NCBI RefSeq assembly: GCF_964355755.1
Contig: NC_092673.1
Coordinates: 14,790,948-14,854,947 of the forward strand
DNA: 64,000 nucleotides
Direction: 5' to 3'
From: Antedon mediterranea
Taxonomy: Eukaryota > Animalia > Echinodermata
The notes below the pieces were generated by a model. That model did no database searches. It saw only the letters and a program-made list of their open reading frames with translations, and was not told where the DNA came from. Positions 27,261 to 41,827 of the stretch are shown here, piece by piece. Every line of letters starts with the position of its first letter. Position 1 is the first letter of the stretch. The position numbers and the translations under genes are program-made.

Positions 27261-28334
27261 ATGAGACATAGTTTAACTGAATGATGCTTATTATATACTC
27301 TACGATAATTGATTTTTTTTTTCTATTCTTGTTTACGTAACCATGTATATATACCATATATATACCAATATCACCAATGACAGCAACCAATGTTATATGA
27401 TTTAGCACATTGTAAGGAATACGAAATGACCTATTACACTATCCTTGTCCCAGGCAGAACCCTCTAAAGTTTAACTAGAGACTCCCCTTCTTACCATAAG
27501 TATACCATATGTAACCTTAGATATTGTAGATACCATCAGCAACCAACCTGTAATGAATATGAAATGGCCTATATAGACAACCACTGCCTTGGTTGCTGGT
27601 GGTATCTACAATATCTAATTTATGCCAGTTGGGGGAAGGGGGTCTCCAGTCAAACTTTAGGGTGTCTGACACTTGCGGTGCAGCAGACAATTAGTCTGTC
27701 GTTACCCATTTAGTATTGTATGAACACAACTTGTTCATTTGGCATTAATTTTGAGTGGTACCTTACTATTCTATGCTAACCCCATTTTTAGGCCCTCCCT
27801 CGGCGGGTCTGACGGGCATTGCAGCAGACAAAATGTCTGTCGCTGGTGGTATTGGTATAAGGATGTCAATGGGCATCCCATGATAGTGAAATTAGGTGGT
27901 ATCTCTGTCATCTAAAAAAATGTTAATTCCACAAGCACATAAACAAAATAAAAGTAATAGAAAACGTAAAAGACAGTTGATAATGATGACACACAAATCG
28001 AAAATACGATGTGGATGTATATAAATGCTTATAAATACTATCTAATTCAATTTGAGCGTATTTATTTGGGCCACTTCCTTGAAAGTTGGTAAAGAGATGG
28101 AAACTTACGAATGGCCATTTGGTGGTCCCTGGACCTTAATTGACATACTTTATTTTAATGTACTCCCAATGCTAAACAAATTAATCTCGGTGACTGAGGG
28201 TCGAGAAACGGTAGGGATTAATATTAATTTTATTTTATAATTTATCTCATCTTCATAACTTTCTTTCTCTTTAGGAAACTTATGCTTAACAGAGTCTTAT
28301 TACAAGTCTTTGGGAGTGGAGTTGTAATTTGTCA

Positions 28335-28410
28335 TTAGAAAAAATCCTGACATATGACAGGACTTGAACCCAGGACCCTTGAATTGGTAGCCACAACTCC
28401 ACTCCATCAA
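28335..28410 (-). mobile_element. tRNA-derived SINE-like remnant
   Basis: The minus strand reads GGGTCCTGGGTTCAAGTCCTG (B-box) followed by a T-run. Confidence 0.4.
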
Positions 28411-29156
28411 TTCTATAATATATAATATTCTATAATAATTCCTGGATGTCGAAAAGGTTTAGTTAGTCTCTGTCCGAAATTAAGTGCAGAAAATACGGTA
28501 AATTATAACTGTAAACACAGCATATATACAATTCAACACACATGCTTAATAAGAGACACCGTAGATGCATACATACAGTATAGTTCTATTGCAATATTTA
28601 TTCATACAATATTCACACATGCTTAATAAGTGTCAAGCTTCCTCGTCCTGGTGGCCCCGTTATTGGAATATTAGAACTGTTCTTGTAATTAGGCCTATGG
28701 CAACAAAATGTTATTTGTGGTACATTGTATAAGTTTAGATTTTCAATTATTTTCAAATGTTTATAACTGACTAAGATCGGTTGGGACGGCTGACGACCTA
28801 TAATACTAAATCACTCAATGTTATAATTAGGTACTGTCCCACCCTAAAATTATTTAATTGTTGTAAGACAATGACGTGTGCGATACCATGCAAATAAACA
28901 CAATTGTATATTTTGTTGATATTTTATTCAAAGTTTCAACTTAGGGGTGATGATTGTCGTCAATTTGTTGCTACTCACGCCGAATGAACTAGAAGTGTGA
29001 ATAATCTCGTTCTAAACATATAGAGTAATATAATGTAGAAATAACATACCTTTTATCTGCTAACCAATTGAACATAAAATCACTATAAAGTAAAACGATT
29101 AAATCCAAATAATTGTATTTGAAAGTAGCCTGGGTAGCGTTTGTAAACTTGAATAA

Positions 29157-30358
29157 CACTGTAAACTTACATGTAACATAGAACTAAACTTGACTTGAAC
29201 AATCTTGAGACAGGATAATATCCGCTAATAACCTCTGACTTGGACGAGATGGTAGCAGCAACTGTAAACTTACATAGAACTAGGCTAGACTTGCCCCAAG
29301 TCTGTATTTATTGTCTTTTTTTTTTTTATTTATTTGTTTTTATTTCGACCGCGATTTTTGTCTGAAAATACAGACTTGTGAAACACGTATAGAAATCGAT
29401 TTGCAAACCGCAAACATCCAATAAGAATGACGTAGGTTATCATACCGTATTTGGCTATATGGGGCAGGCGGTATGTAAATATGGATTTCGAATCAACCAA
29501 TGATCATTTTGTTTCAAAATGAAAAAGATCGAGTACGTACGTACAGTATGCTGAATGTACGATGAGACTGAACAACTGTTGAAATATAAAATCGTGTTGC
29601 CAAGTTGTTTTGTTTATTAATTGTTTAGTCCTGGCCTAGGCCTCCTTCGTAGGGCTACTCAACTCGTACGTATGACCTTCCAAATAAAACGCCAATAAGG
29701 TAGGCCTACATACCACCACCGACCGGCACACAACAGGCTACACCACCACACAGAACAGGACAGGGTCTGGGTGGGAATTAAATCTAATTTTTTTCGCATA
29801 ATAAATGATCCATTCAATGTTTGAGTTGGCGGAGAAGCTAGCCTATCATATCAAGACGAGTTTTCATGTTCTTGGGAAAAATCTCATCAAATGTTTACCA
29901 GACTACTAGGCATATAAAATCATTTTTAGCCTTCGGAAACTTTCATCAATGTACCCGGCCAAGTACACATTGTCTAAACGTAACATAGCGCATTCGCATC
30001 GTCTTAGACGTTGAGTCTTTGAAATTCTGAAATATGAATATTAAAACGATGTACGAGTGAGTAGCCAATGGCATGCGGCTGAAACTAGTCAACTGGATAA
30101 TTTATGCACCAAGAATTCTTGGTGTCAAACCACGTGACTTATGCGTGTTTCCCCAGACGGAGTATCCAAACTCAAGTAATACACGTATGAAACGTCTGGA
30201 GCCCAGACTAAGAACTAGGCCTAAACTTGACTTGAACAATCTTGAGACAGGATAATATCCACTAATAACGCGATGGTAGCAGCAACTGTAAACTTACATA
30301 GAACTAAACTTGACTTGAACAATCTTGAGACAGGATAATATCCGCTAATAACCTCTGT
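29157..30358. repeat. Dispersed direct repeats of about 70-80 bp flanking a ~0.9-kb segment
   Basis: AACTAAACTTGACTTGAACAATCTTGAGACAGGATAATATCCGCTAATAAC near 29182, 30221 and 30302. Confidence 0.8.
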
Positions 30359-31190
30359 CTTGAAGGTCGTGTTTATACAACACCCTAAATTTGAACATGG
30401 CTTTAATTTTTAGCGTGTTGTTGGGATCGAGGTCAACCCACCTTAACGTTTGCTGTTGTTTACTGTACTATACACTAGAAATCACGATACCGTGTTGTAC
30501 CGGAAGTTTCATCAACACACAGTGCATGCTAGGATAAAAGGTCAAATCGTTGATCGCTTGAATTGGCGGAGTTGTCAACAATCATCGTCGCCTCCTCGCT
30601 GTCCGATGTATTCGCGCGGTTTTACCATTTTCATTATTGTATTCGTTCACGTTTGCATTGTGTTAATTTTGTTCTCGGTTCATTTAATAAAAGTTATTTT
30701 AAGGGTTTCATTGTTTCATCTATACACTATGGAAGAAGATGCCATTTTTGCGATGTTATTTTTTCTTCTGTTTGGAGTTGGAAATGATAGAGGCCTACTA
30801 CCACTACGAACGAGTTGGCCCTGTCACGCCAAATGAGGTACCACTGCCAAATGAGGTACCGCACTTAATTTGGCGTCTAAGGCGCCAAATTAGGTACTAT
30901 TGCAAAATGAAGTTCTATTGTAATTTTGTAAAATACAGTTTATATATAAAACAAACATATTTGAGCCAGTATTAAACTACAATATGTATTCTGTGTTGTT
31001 ACGCCTGTTATTAGATCAAGCTATTACATTAAATTAAATATAAAGCAGAAAATAGTTATCCTTTTTTGATTTTCGTCGAATAGATCGAAGCGGAAGTGCT
31101 TCGGTCATGGTCCGTGCTTCGGTCATGGTCCGCAAATTATATGATACGCCTTGAAGTGTGCCAAAATGTTTTTACTACTTTTAGTTGAAT

Positions 31191-31220
31191 CAGGGAAGAG
31201 TTAAATTTAACTCTTCCCTG
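31191..31220. repeat. 30-bp perfect palindrome flanked by a 7-bp direct repeat
   Basis: GTTGAAT|CAGGGAAGAGTTAAATTTAACTCTTCCCTG|GTTGAAT. Confidence 0.9.
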
Positions 31221-32305
31221 GTTGAATCACCGCGTGTACAGTTAAAACCAATAGATTGTGCTGCAGTGCAGATTGTCTGTACAGTAATGTGGGCTGTCTG
31301 CTTGGGGGTCTGTCTATCAAGGTACAACATTTCGACGAAGCCAATTTAATATTTTCATTTTGTTCTAATATCTGTAGAATGCGTCGTCATTTATTCTGAA
31401 GCTAATACTGTAGGCCTATATACCGTAATCAGGCGGTACAGCAGAATTCACGTAGAATTATGTGGTGTTGTTGCTTGATTGTAAATTGCCCAGATTCTTC
31501 ATTAGAAAAAAACTGATCAATTTGAACTGATATTAAGGAGTCTTTAGAACATGACAGATATTAAGATGTCCTCTATAAACGGAGTCCTCACAAACTCATA
31601 TAAGAGGTCCTCTTGTAAAATCAGGTTCCCGTCGAATTTATTTTAGATAAGTAACTAAATTATCATGGATTTCGTACCCACCATTCCATCGATAGCTTTT
31701 TTTCACAGCTGTTTCAAACATACGAATTAAGTCATGCGCCCTCAACGTTACAAGTCGTATCGCTGGAGTAACAATACATAAACAATTACTTACAAATCCA
31801 CGTGTGCAGAGTGGAGTCAAACGTCATTTAAAGACATGTTTTAAACAGCCAATGAGAATGAGATAAAAAAATAAAGGGTCGCTAAAAATATGAATATTCA
31901 TTAAAGAGTCCCTGGATGAAACAAGCACGTTGTCGTTTTGTTTTTTACAAGGAATGTAACGCTGAAAATTAATGGAAGGGTGGACCATAAATTAAAATAC
32001 AAGCATATACCAATTTACGCACGTGAGTGACATTTCCAAATTTGGTACATGTTTGTTTGTCCGTATCTTTAAAAAATGTAATTTTCACTCTAATTCTTTG
32101 GTACTGCATGATAATTTAGTTATCTGTGAATGTTATAACATAGTATGGTCGAGAGGTGATGGTTGAATTTTTGAGCTATGGCCGTTTCAAATTGTGTCAT
32201 TTTTAGGCTTAGGCTTGTGTCTACTCTAGTTGCAACACTGCCTTTCATGTGACAGCTGACCCAAATGAGTTTGGAAATGTTACATTATATTAATTATTTA
32301 GGCCT

Positions 32306-34893
32306 GGCTGGGTAGGGTAGGCATATACCAATATTATAGGCCCTATTTTTATTTTAATACTAGGCCTAGGCCCTCTAGCTAGACCTGTGCTCTCTAGCAG
32401 CCTACTACAGAGAAGCAGCTTTCTGGCTTAGTTAGCCTGGCCTTTGAGTAGGCTAGCCTACTACTAGCCTAATAGGTATTAGTAGGCTACCTAATTAAAA
32501 TTAGGCCCAGGATCTACGCCTAGGCCTATATATTTTTAATATTATTTAATCAGTGTAATTAATTTAGTTTTAATAAATTTACAGTATTCATTACAAAAAC
32601 TGTAAATTTAATATTATTATGAGGATTATATATACCATGTATGCAATGACATAGGGAATATTATAGGCCTACCCTGCCTGCCTGTATGCAATAATTACAA
32701 TATAAATAATGACAAGCATCATATTAACATTCGGTTTTGCTCATCACTGCATATTCAAATTAATATGCAATCATATTAAATTTAATAAGTTAAGTTAATT
32801 TTATAAAATTGTTATAATAATTATTATAATGTTATACTATTGTAGGTAGCCTACATATATAGAGCAGTAACCTGAAGTGGCTAAGCAGATTTGGACCATA
32901 CCTACCATCTATATAGGTAAGATTATTTTGCTGTTCAAGAAGTAGCAAATATTAAATTGTGTTTACCATGCTATTAATTTTCAATATTAACAATCAATCA
33001 CTAGCCTACCTCTGGCTGGGTAGGCTAGGCCTATATTATAGGCCCTATTTTTATGTTAATATACTAGCTAGACCTGTGCTCTCTATCACTAGCAGCAGCC
33101 TACAGAGAAGCAGCTTTCCAGCTTATTTAGCCTAGCCTAGAGCAATTAGGCTAGGTATAAGTAGACTACTTAATTAGGTCTAGGCTCTACGCCTATATAT
33201 TATTATTTAATTATTATTAATTTTAATTTAATATATTTACAGTATTTATTTAAATAATGTTTCTTATGAGAATACCTGGTTATATATACCCTATGCAATG
33301 ACATAAGGCATATATGCCTACCCTGTATGTAATAATTACAATTATTATAAATAATGAATTTTAACATTCGTTTTTGCTCATCACTGCATATTCAAATTAG
33401 TATGTATGCAACCATATTAAATTTAATAAGCTAATTTTAAGTAATTCTTATAATAATGTTTTACTATTTTGTAGGTACATAGCGGCAACCCGAAGTGGCA
33501 AAAACATTTTAAACAGATTTGGACCAATACCTAGCAGCCTACCATCTATATACAGTAGGTAAGTTTATTTTACTGCTCAAGAACTAGTAAATTTTAAATT
33601 GTGTTTACCATGCTATTAATTTTCAATATTAACAATCAATCACTACCAGTGGCTGGGTAGGCTAGGCCTATATTATAGGCCCTATTTTTATTTTAATATA
33701 CTAGCTAGACCTGTGCTCTCTAACACTAGCAGCCTACAGAGAAGCAGCTTTCCAGCTTATTTAGCCTAGCCTAGAGCAATAGGCTAGGTATAAGTAGACT
33801 ACCTAATTAGGTCTAGGCTCTACGCCTATTATTATTTAATTATTATTAATTTTAGTTTTAATATATTTACAGTATTTTATTTAAATAATGTTTATTATGA
33901 GAATACCTGGTTATATATACCCTATGCAATGACATAAGGCATATATGCCTACCCTGTATGTAATAATTACAATTATTATAAATAATGAATTTTAACATTC
34001 GTTTTTGCTCATCACTGCATATTCAAATTAGTATGTATGCAACCATATTAAATTTAATAAGCTAATTTTAATTAATTCTTATAGTAATGTTTTACTATTT
34101 TTTAGGTACATAGCGGCAACCCGAAGTGGAAAAATCATTTTAAACAGATTTGGACCAATACCTATACCTACCATCTATATTATAGGTAAGTTTATTTTAC
34201 TGTTCAAGAACTAGTAAATTTTAAATTGTGTTTACCATGCTATTAATTTTCAATATTAACAACCAATCACTACCACTGGCTGGGCTAGGCTAGGCTAGGC
34301 CCTATTTTTATTTTAATATACTAGCTAGACTTGTGCTTTCTTGCACTAGCAGCCTAAGAGAAGCAGCTTTCCAGCTTATTTAGCCTAGCCTAGAGCAATA
34401 GGCTAGGTATTAGTAGGCTACCTAATTAGGCCTAGAGGCTATTATTAATTTTTATTTTTAATATATTTACAGTATTTATTACAAATAATGTTTATTATGA
34501 GGATACCTGGTTATATATACTCTATGCAATGACATAAGGCATATATGCCTACCCTGTATGTAATAATTACAATTATTATAAATAATGAATTTTAACATTT
34601 GTTTTTGCTCATCACTGCATATTCAAATTAGTGTGTATGCAACCATAGTAAATATAATAAGTTAATTTTAATTAATTCTTATTATAATGTTATACTATTA
34701 CTATTAATATTTTTTAGGTACATAATAATATAGTATAGCGGCAACCCAAAATGGCTAAAACATTTTAAACAGATTTGGACCAATACCTATACCTACCATC
34801 TATATAGGTAAGTTTATTTTACTGTTCAAGAACTAGTAAATTTTAAATTGTGTTTACCATGCTATGAATTTGTAACTTTAACAATCAATCACT
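32306..34893. repeat. Tandem repeat with a ~630-710-bp unit, 4 diverged copies
   Basis: The GGCTGGG...GGCCCTATTTTTAT...TAGCTAGAC(C/T)TGTGCT block recurs near 32306, 33015, 33651 and 34278. Each unit ends TTAACAA(T/C)CAATCACTA. Confidence 0.92.
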
Positions 34894-35155
34894 AACACAT
34901 GTACAGTACAGCAGTAGTACTATCAATCAATAGTAATTAGTTAGTAATTGAAATATAGACATACTATAGTATTACTTTTACATGTTCCTTATCATTAGGC
35001 ATTGTTAATAGGAAATCAATACAATGCAATATTCCTTTAACATTTAAAAATGTACAATATTTTATGATCATTAATGTTAATGAATCATTCTTTGTTGGCT
35101 TTCTTGCATTTGTTGGGTTTTATTATTTCATTTTGTATCATTGGAGATGTGAAAG

Positions 35156-35345
35156 TCAGATGAGTCTAAGTTTGACTCTAATCCACACTGCTGTTTTGTG
35201 ACGGTTGAGTTTGGCATGTATTAGCTCCCCGCCTTGTTCAGAGACCACCTTCCATTCTCTCATGAATGCAATAGCATGGTGCTCAAGCATATGTAGCTTA
35301 GGTTGTATTACACCTGGTGCAATATGCCTGTATTCTGCTAAAAAT
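35156..35345 (-). pseudogene. Degenerate C-terminal exon of a Transib/Chapaev/RAG1-related DDE transposase
   Basis: IQPKLHMLEHHAIAFMREWK...SEQGGELIHAKLN matches the PKxHxLxxH...EQGxESxH pattern (cf. RAG1 HKTLAH...SEGNESGN). Confidence 0.6.
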
Positions 35346-36619
35346 ACTAGTATCATATTTTTTATGTAATTAAAAAATACTTAATTTACACATTAATACA
35401 TTTTATAATTTCAGAAATTTTGTGATGAAAAAGTCAATCTGTGGTGACTGTAGAATGGACCTTTAAACATTTAAATAATAGAAATTTCTGACAATTTTGT
35501 TGAATAGAAATGTACAATGTATGATGTAATCTTAATTGAAAATTGGCAGTTTTTAAACTATGTATATAAATTAGGATGAGAAAACAGTTATTTGATTATG
35601 AGGTATGTTCATTTAAATAAATTTGTTAGTATAAACTTTCAAAAAGAGTGAAGATATAAGGAAGAAAAGCAGATTATGGAGCAGCTGTACCAAATAAAAA
35701 AACTGTTCCCTTAAACGCCAGTGTGTTCTTTCACTTGTGAATGTAGTTTTTGCCCAGGTCATAGTTGTTGTAAGTTGTTGGTGTAGCATGCCAAGCAATT
35801 TGTTCCATGCCCTGTTAATTTAAATGTTAGCGTGGTAGTATACAGTATCCATTGCAAATTCGTGAATGGCAGGTTGTACAAATGTATATAGGTTGTGATT
35901 TTACATTTGTTAGATTTAGTGCAAATTTGTGACGGCTTTTCATATTTTAAAAATTGTATTTTTTATCTTTTTCTTTAAATTTTGTTCCACAACAAAAGCA
36001 AGTAGAACGTAAAGCCTTTTCGTGAAACTGTGTTGCCTACAAAAATGAAAAGAAATGTTAATTTTACCAACCTTTAATTTTATATTATATTTATCATACA
36101 GTAGTTTGAGTATTTTTGTATAGGCTTTAATTTTAAGGGCCTAGCCTAGGCCTGGTAGTTAGTAGTTTTACTAAATTTTTACATTTATGATGAATTATAT
36201 TCAGTTGAAATAAATACAATGATAATAATTAAGCTTATTATTTAATCTATTGTAAATTAAAATGATGTATAGCATGATTACACTACTTATACGTACCAAC
36301 TAGGCCTAGCTACAACCTAGGCCTAGTTGCGTACAGCCTAGCGAGCGGTTATCAGACGCGTTCATCGACCTCTCGCCAAATACGCTGTTTCGCATTTAAC
36401 AAAACAGTCGAGTTTTTCAATGAAAATTTCTTGAGATTTTCACAGTCACCTCCTAACAATTCAATGTCTCATGTAAGCATATATAATCAAACTTCTACCT
36501 AGATTTTCCAAGTATTTATGAAAATTACGAATAAAAACAAAAAGTGTACAATTTGACAAGCATTTTTTCAAACTTTCCATTGTTTACATTTGCTAGGCCG
36601 ATCGATGTTAATTTTTAAC

Positions 36620-37355
36620 GCCGTGGCTAAAGATATGGTACCGTATTCTAACTTCTCTTTACTAAAGGTACGGTAAAATTGCATTACGTCATAACCAGCC
36701 AATGGGGTGCTGGTACGTGTGTGACGTCATCGTATAAGGACTTTGGATTTTTTTCATATCGCGAAAACAGTGATCAACCGCATTGTCTTTATGCTTCATT
36801 TATCGCTATTATCGCCGTCGTGTGTGACAAAAACTAAATGTAGCCTACGTCTGTTATTATTATTGAAAAGCCAAAACATGTTGATTTTAATTTAGAATAC
36901 CGAAAACCGTTTCAAAAGAGGCCTAGGCCTACTTACTACGTACTATAACCTCATTATATGAGTTTGTTTGTGTAGGGAAAGCGATGCCAGGCTGGGGCCA
37001 GCTGCATGTGTGCGCTGATTTACTGTGACTCAGCCCTGGGGCTACTGTCTAAAAATCATAGTATTTGAGGGCCCCTTTATTGTCCGCATTTGCTTTTTGT
37101 TTATGGTCAACATTATAAACAAAGTTTAGTAAAAAATATAGGCCTAAAGGCCATTTGGAATAAAAATAAAACCCTCATCAGCGCACACACATCCAACGGA
37201 ATTCTCAACAGACGCGATATGAAAAATCCAAAGTCCTTATACGATGACGTCACACACGTACCAGAACCCCATTGGCTGATTAAGACGTAATGCAATATTA
37301 CCGTACCTTTAGTAAACAGAAGTTAGAATACGGTACCGTATCTTTAGCCACAGCG
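36620..37355. mobile_element. MITE/foldback element with ~140-bp terminal inverted repeats
   Basis: 36620-36763 (CGCCGTGGCTAAAGATATGGTACCGTATTCTAAC...CATATCGCG) is the inverted copy of 37214-37355. Possible 2-bp TSD AA. Confidence 0.85.
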
Positions 37356-37950
37356 AATTTTTAAAACTTCCGGGTGTAAATAATTTTGTAAACTTGGTGT
37401 TATGCTTAATTACTTATTATTTCCAAAAAATCGGTAATTAAAAAACTTATTTTCTAACAAATAGTATAAAAATGGTTTTATAATATTTATGACGAAATTG
37501 ATTAAAATAATTTAAAGTGTAGTTATAAAAGTTGCAAATGTCGCGAAAGTTGAACGAGATTCAACCACTCGCGCGGCGTCACGCTCAGGCACATATCGCC
37601 GTCTGACAATATTGAGGTCGCTTGACTTTTTCTATTTATTTTACATTGGTTGAAACAGCTGTGTTTTTTCTCTTTTGTGGTGCAAACACCACTTTTATCC
37701 ACATTCATTATATTATCTCATGTCATTACATAAAATCATATTATTTAACACATTTGTTAATTCCCAATGTCGTTACAATTCATCAGTAACATTTTTACAT
37801 TTATGAATTCCGTATTGCCTCCTATTTTCATTAATGTTCTTCGTTTTAAAATATTTTACACATAAAGAATTTGTGAGATTTTCAATTGTTTGTTTTAATT
37901 TTACAACCCGGATTATACAATGTATTTATATACAAAATAAAACGAATTAA

Positions 37951-40900
37951 GAGCCATTGTCTGTAAAAATCAAAGATTTGGTGGCAGATGTAAAAAAATG
38001 GATTTCTCTCAAATTTTTACCATGAATAGACATTTCAATAAAAAGCATATCTACAACATTCATTTTAATTTTTAGCCTCCGTTGCCATGACAATGGTCAA
38101 TTATCCAAATTTTGATGTTTTTGCCATTTTTCACAGATTTTCTATAGTGAAAAAGTACAAACTTGTATACTTATTTTAACCAAAAATACTTACAGTATAC
38201 AGTTTTTGTTTATAGCAGTGTAAACAACATGTATTGAGTTCCATTTAATGTAGAAAAAAAAAATAAATTACAAAATGGAGTTTGGTTGATACCATTATTT
38301 TAAAAAGGGGTGTTTTTAAAAAATATTTTTTTTATAAAAGTATACCTCATAAACGTACCTATAACTTCCAAAGTGGTGTTTTTAAATCAATGAGGTTTTT
38401 TAATTTGATAGTCAATAGGTTTTTCAACAATAATCACGAAAAAAACACTGGGGTAAATTTCGTACATAGGTTTTGTGTTGCCAGGAAAATACGAAAAATA
38501 TAAAAAATATAACAAAATATCAACAAACAAAACACATGAAACACAATTTAAATATGGCTAATCCAATAATAAAATGTATATATGGCTTGTCATAATGATA
38601 CTAGAGTCATACGAATAGTTTAGATAAAATAGGAGAATGTGTTGCCAGGTTTATTTCAATTAATTGCCAGAAAAACAGTATTTTGCATTGAAATATTTAG
38701 TTGATGGAAAATAATGTTAAACTTGGAAATAATTGCGTCAATGGTTTTATAAATTTTTAAATCTATTTTGTGTAAAGAGATACAGAAAGACCTCACAAAA
38801 AATCTGACCTTGTAAATAGGTCATTTGAGGTCAAAAGGGGTCAGAATGCAAAACAGGACAGGTCCCCACTTTACTACAACTATTAATGTTTGATCAAAAT
38901 TTACAAGATAGTTCATAACAATTCTCAAAAATTTTCATATTTTACCTATAGTGTTACCTTAGCAACCATTTCTATGTGTAACTAAGGAAAGTAATTTTTT
39001 TTTAAATGTAAAAAATGGCGTTTTTATAAATACAAAGAATTGATTGCATTTGTAATTTTTCTCAATTTTACTTCTACTCCATTCCATTAATGACAAACTT
39101 GACCTTGTAAATTCATTCATTTTGAGGTCAACATTTTACCATAGTAACTGTTTCTATGCGAAAATTTCAAAAAAATAAGGGGTTTTTCATAAATACAAAA
39201 CCTTTTTTCTACATAGTTTTACATTTCTACTTTTTGCCAAATTTACTTTAAATACTGAATCCTAATAATCTCAGAAAGAAAGTCTTGACGAATCTGAATA
39301 AAGGTAAAAAAAAATTACCTTTAGTGTTATCTTAAACCTGTTTACGTAACAAATGATATTTAAAAAAAAAATTAAATATGGAGTTTCATGAAAAAATAAA
39401 AATGTTTACATATTGAGGTCAGATGACCTATAGTGTATTGTAGCAACTGTTTCTATACGTAACTAAGTACAATATTTTTAATATGGGGTTTCATGACTAC
39501 AAACAATAGATTACATAGCTTTACTACCTTTTCCCAAATTTACTTATCTACTGAATCCCAGAAAATATCTGACCTTGTGAAAGGGTCATTTGTTGGGTCA
39601 AGTTATGTCAAAATGGATTATTTATGTTATCTTAGAACCTGTTTCTATGCATAACTAAGGATAATTGTTTTTTTAAATACAGTTGAGTAAGTGGCCACCC
39701 TCGGGACCTGGAAAAGTGGCCGCTTACGGGCGGTGACCCCTTACGGGAGGTTCTGCCGATAAAGGGCCAAAATCACTTATTATGGCTATATACGATATTC
39801 TTAACGAAACGAGCCTCTCAATTTTCCAGCTAATTGTAGGCCTATTATTATTAATAATCAGGTGGTTTAGTATTTTTTAGCATTTTCAGACAAATTTTAA
39901 AAACTTTTATCATATGAAAAATAGTCGGTCAAAATCTGTGTAGTTTTCTCATCTCTTCACAGTAATGTTTTTAAAACCTCTTTAAAATAAAGCTAATATA
40001 TAAAGAAATACAATAAACATGCACCTCTAATTCATAGGTCCATGCAATAAGTATCACATTTTTCGATTGGCCGCTTACAAAAAATCTCATTTTTAGTATA
40101 AAAAGGTGCCCGCAGCTGCTTACGGTAAGCACCAAATGCACTAATTAGATAGGAAGAACAAACAGGCTTTTCAAAGTGCGTCCGTTAAGGGAGGTGGCCG
40201 CTGTAAATAAAATATGGGGTTTTCATGAATAAAAATAATCACAGAAGAAAGTGCTTACGAATATGACCTTGTGAAACGGAAATTTGAAAATGCAAATAAG
40301 GCATGCCTGCTAATAATCTACAAATTTTAATTTGTATGAGATAAATATGCAAAATCTAAAGAATATCTCATGTTTAGTTACCATAGTAACTGTTGCTATG
40401 CATAACTAAGGGAAATTAAATAATTATCAGATAATTATTAATTAATAATTAATACTGAATCTAACCATCACAGTAAAAAAAATACAGAATTTAAAACCAA
40501 TATTTAATAATAAAGTGTGATATTTTACATGCTGACCTTAAATGAAATGAAATTTCAAATAAGGGCTTCAATATTTGTTATGTAGCATTAACATACCTGA
40601 GTATATCATTGACTTTTGATTGGTTCTATTTTGGGGAGGGGAAAGTGGTGGACCCAGGACTTTTAAATAGTTAGGGGGTTGAAGGCGAGGGTCTAAAAAC
40701 TTAACTTTATGTCCTATCTTTTGCATTGCAATTTTTAACTTGGGGTGGGTGGGGGCTTGGAGAAAGGGGGAGGGGTGGGATGGAGGAGTTTGAATCCGTC
40801 TATTTATTGGGGCGATAGTAGCGGCAGTGTGGGTGGTGCTTGAATGCATGCATTTGACACTCTATAGTGGATGATCGACCAAAGTGTTGCAGTTTTATGG

Positions 40901-41827
40901 TTATAGTCGGGGGGGGGGGTGAGGGGTGGTAGTCGAAAGTGGTGGTGGATGGGCATGTGGGATCTGCTTAGGTTAGCAAATAAAAGAAGTAAACAAATGA
41001 AAGAGGAGCCTCAAAATAAGAGAGGAGTAATCTGTTGCAAAGATTAAAATTCACAACGATCTGATAATTTATTCAAATTTCCAGAGGATATAACCTATAA
41101 AATGACATTAAAACTGGGAACTACAGAATCTATAATTAAAAATTAATTTTTTTTCTCACAACACAACTAGAACTATATAAAACATTAAGAATTTTTCTGA
41201 CCAATGAGTTTCAAATCAAATAATCAAAGAAAATAAAATGTTTTTACTAATATACCATGTTTTTTTTTTATAAAAATGCCTATGTTTTTCGCAACACTGC
41301 TTGTAGATTTTAAATTTACCCCAGTATTTTATTTTAGAAATCAATTATTAAACATTAGAACTACCTATTTGTAATAAATCAGCTAAAAAAATACACCACT
41401 TTGGGCGTTATGGTGAAGTAAAGTTTAGTTGCATTGAACAATTTAAAAAAAGTGAAAAACACCCCTTTTTAAATAAATGGTATCTCCCAAAGTATGAAAT
41501 AAAAAAAAATTAAAAAATTTGAAACAGGTACACAATGCATTGTTATTATGCATACACTAATTATTTTTTATAATTAAATGAACAAAACAAAAATATCGTT
41601 CATCAAAGTAGTACCAATATCCATTTTAAAAAACCTTAAAAAAGAACAAAATTTGTCAAAAACACAAATTTGGCCGTTGCCATGGAAATATACGTGTGAA
41701 ATAAAAAATACTTCATATTTGATTTCTCTCAACACATATATAGCCATGTGCAAAATTTGAAAGAAATCCATTTTTTTGAGTCTGCCACTCTTTTTGATAT
41801 TTCTTTGATTCTTACAGACAATGGCTC
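37951..41827. mobile_element. Kolobok-like non-autonomous DNA transposon
   Basis: TTAA TSD (37947-50 and 41828-31). TIR GAGCCATTGTCTGTAAnAATCAAAGA with purine-purine termini. Long imperfect subterminal inversions and internal diverged repeats. Confidence 0.85.
39680..40203. mobile_element. Tc1/mariner/pogo-type MITE nested in the Kolobok-like element
   Basis: TA|CAG...CTG|TA ends with GC-rich subterminal motifs (GTGGCCGCTTACGGG, GGGAGGTGGCCGC) in an AT-rich background. Confidence 0.55.

Noticed and set aside
27139-28410. Functional tRNA genes
   Set aside because: Only B-box-like segments are recognisable and no complete cloverleaf is evident, so they were treated as SINE remnants.
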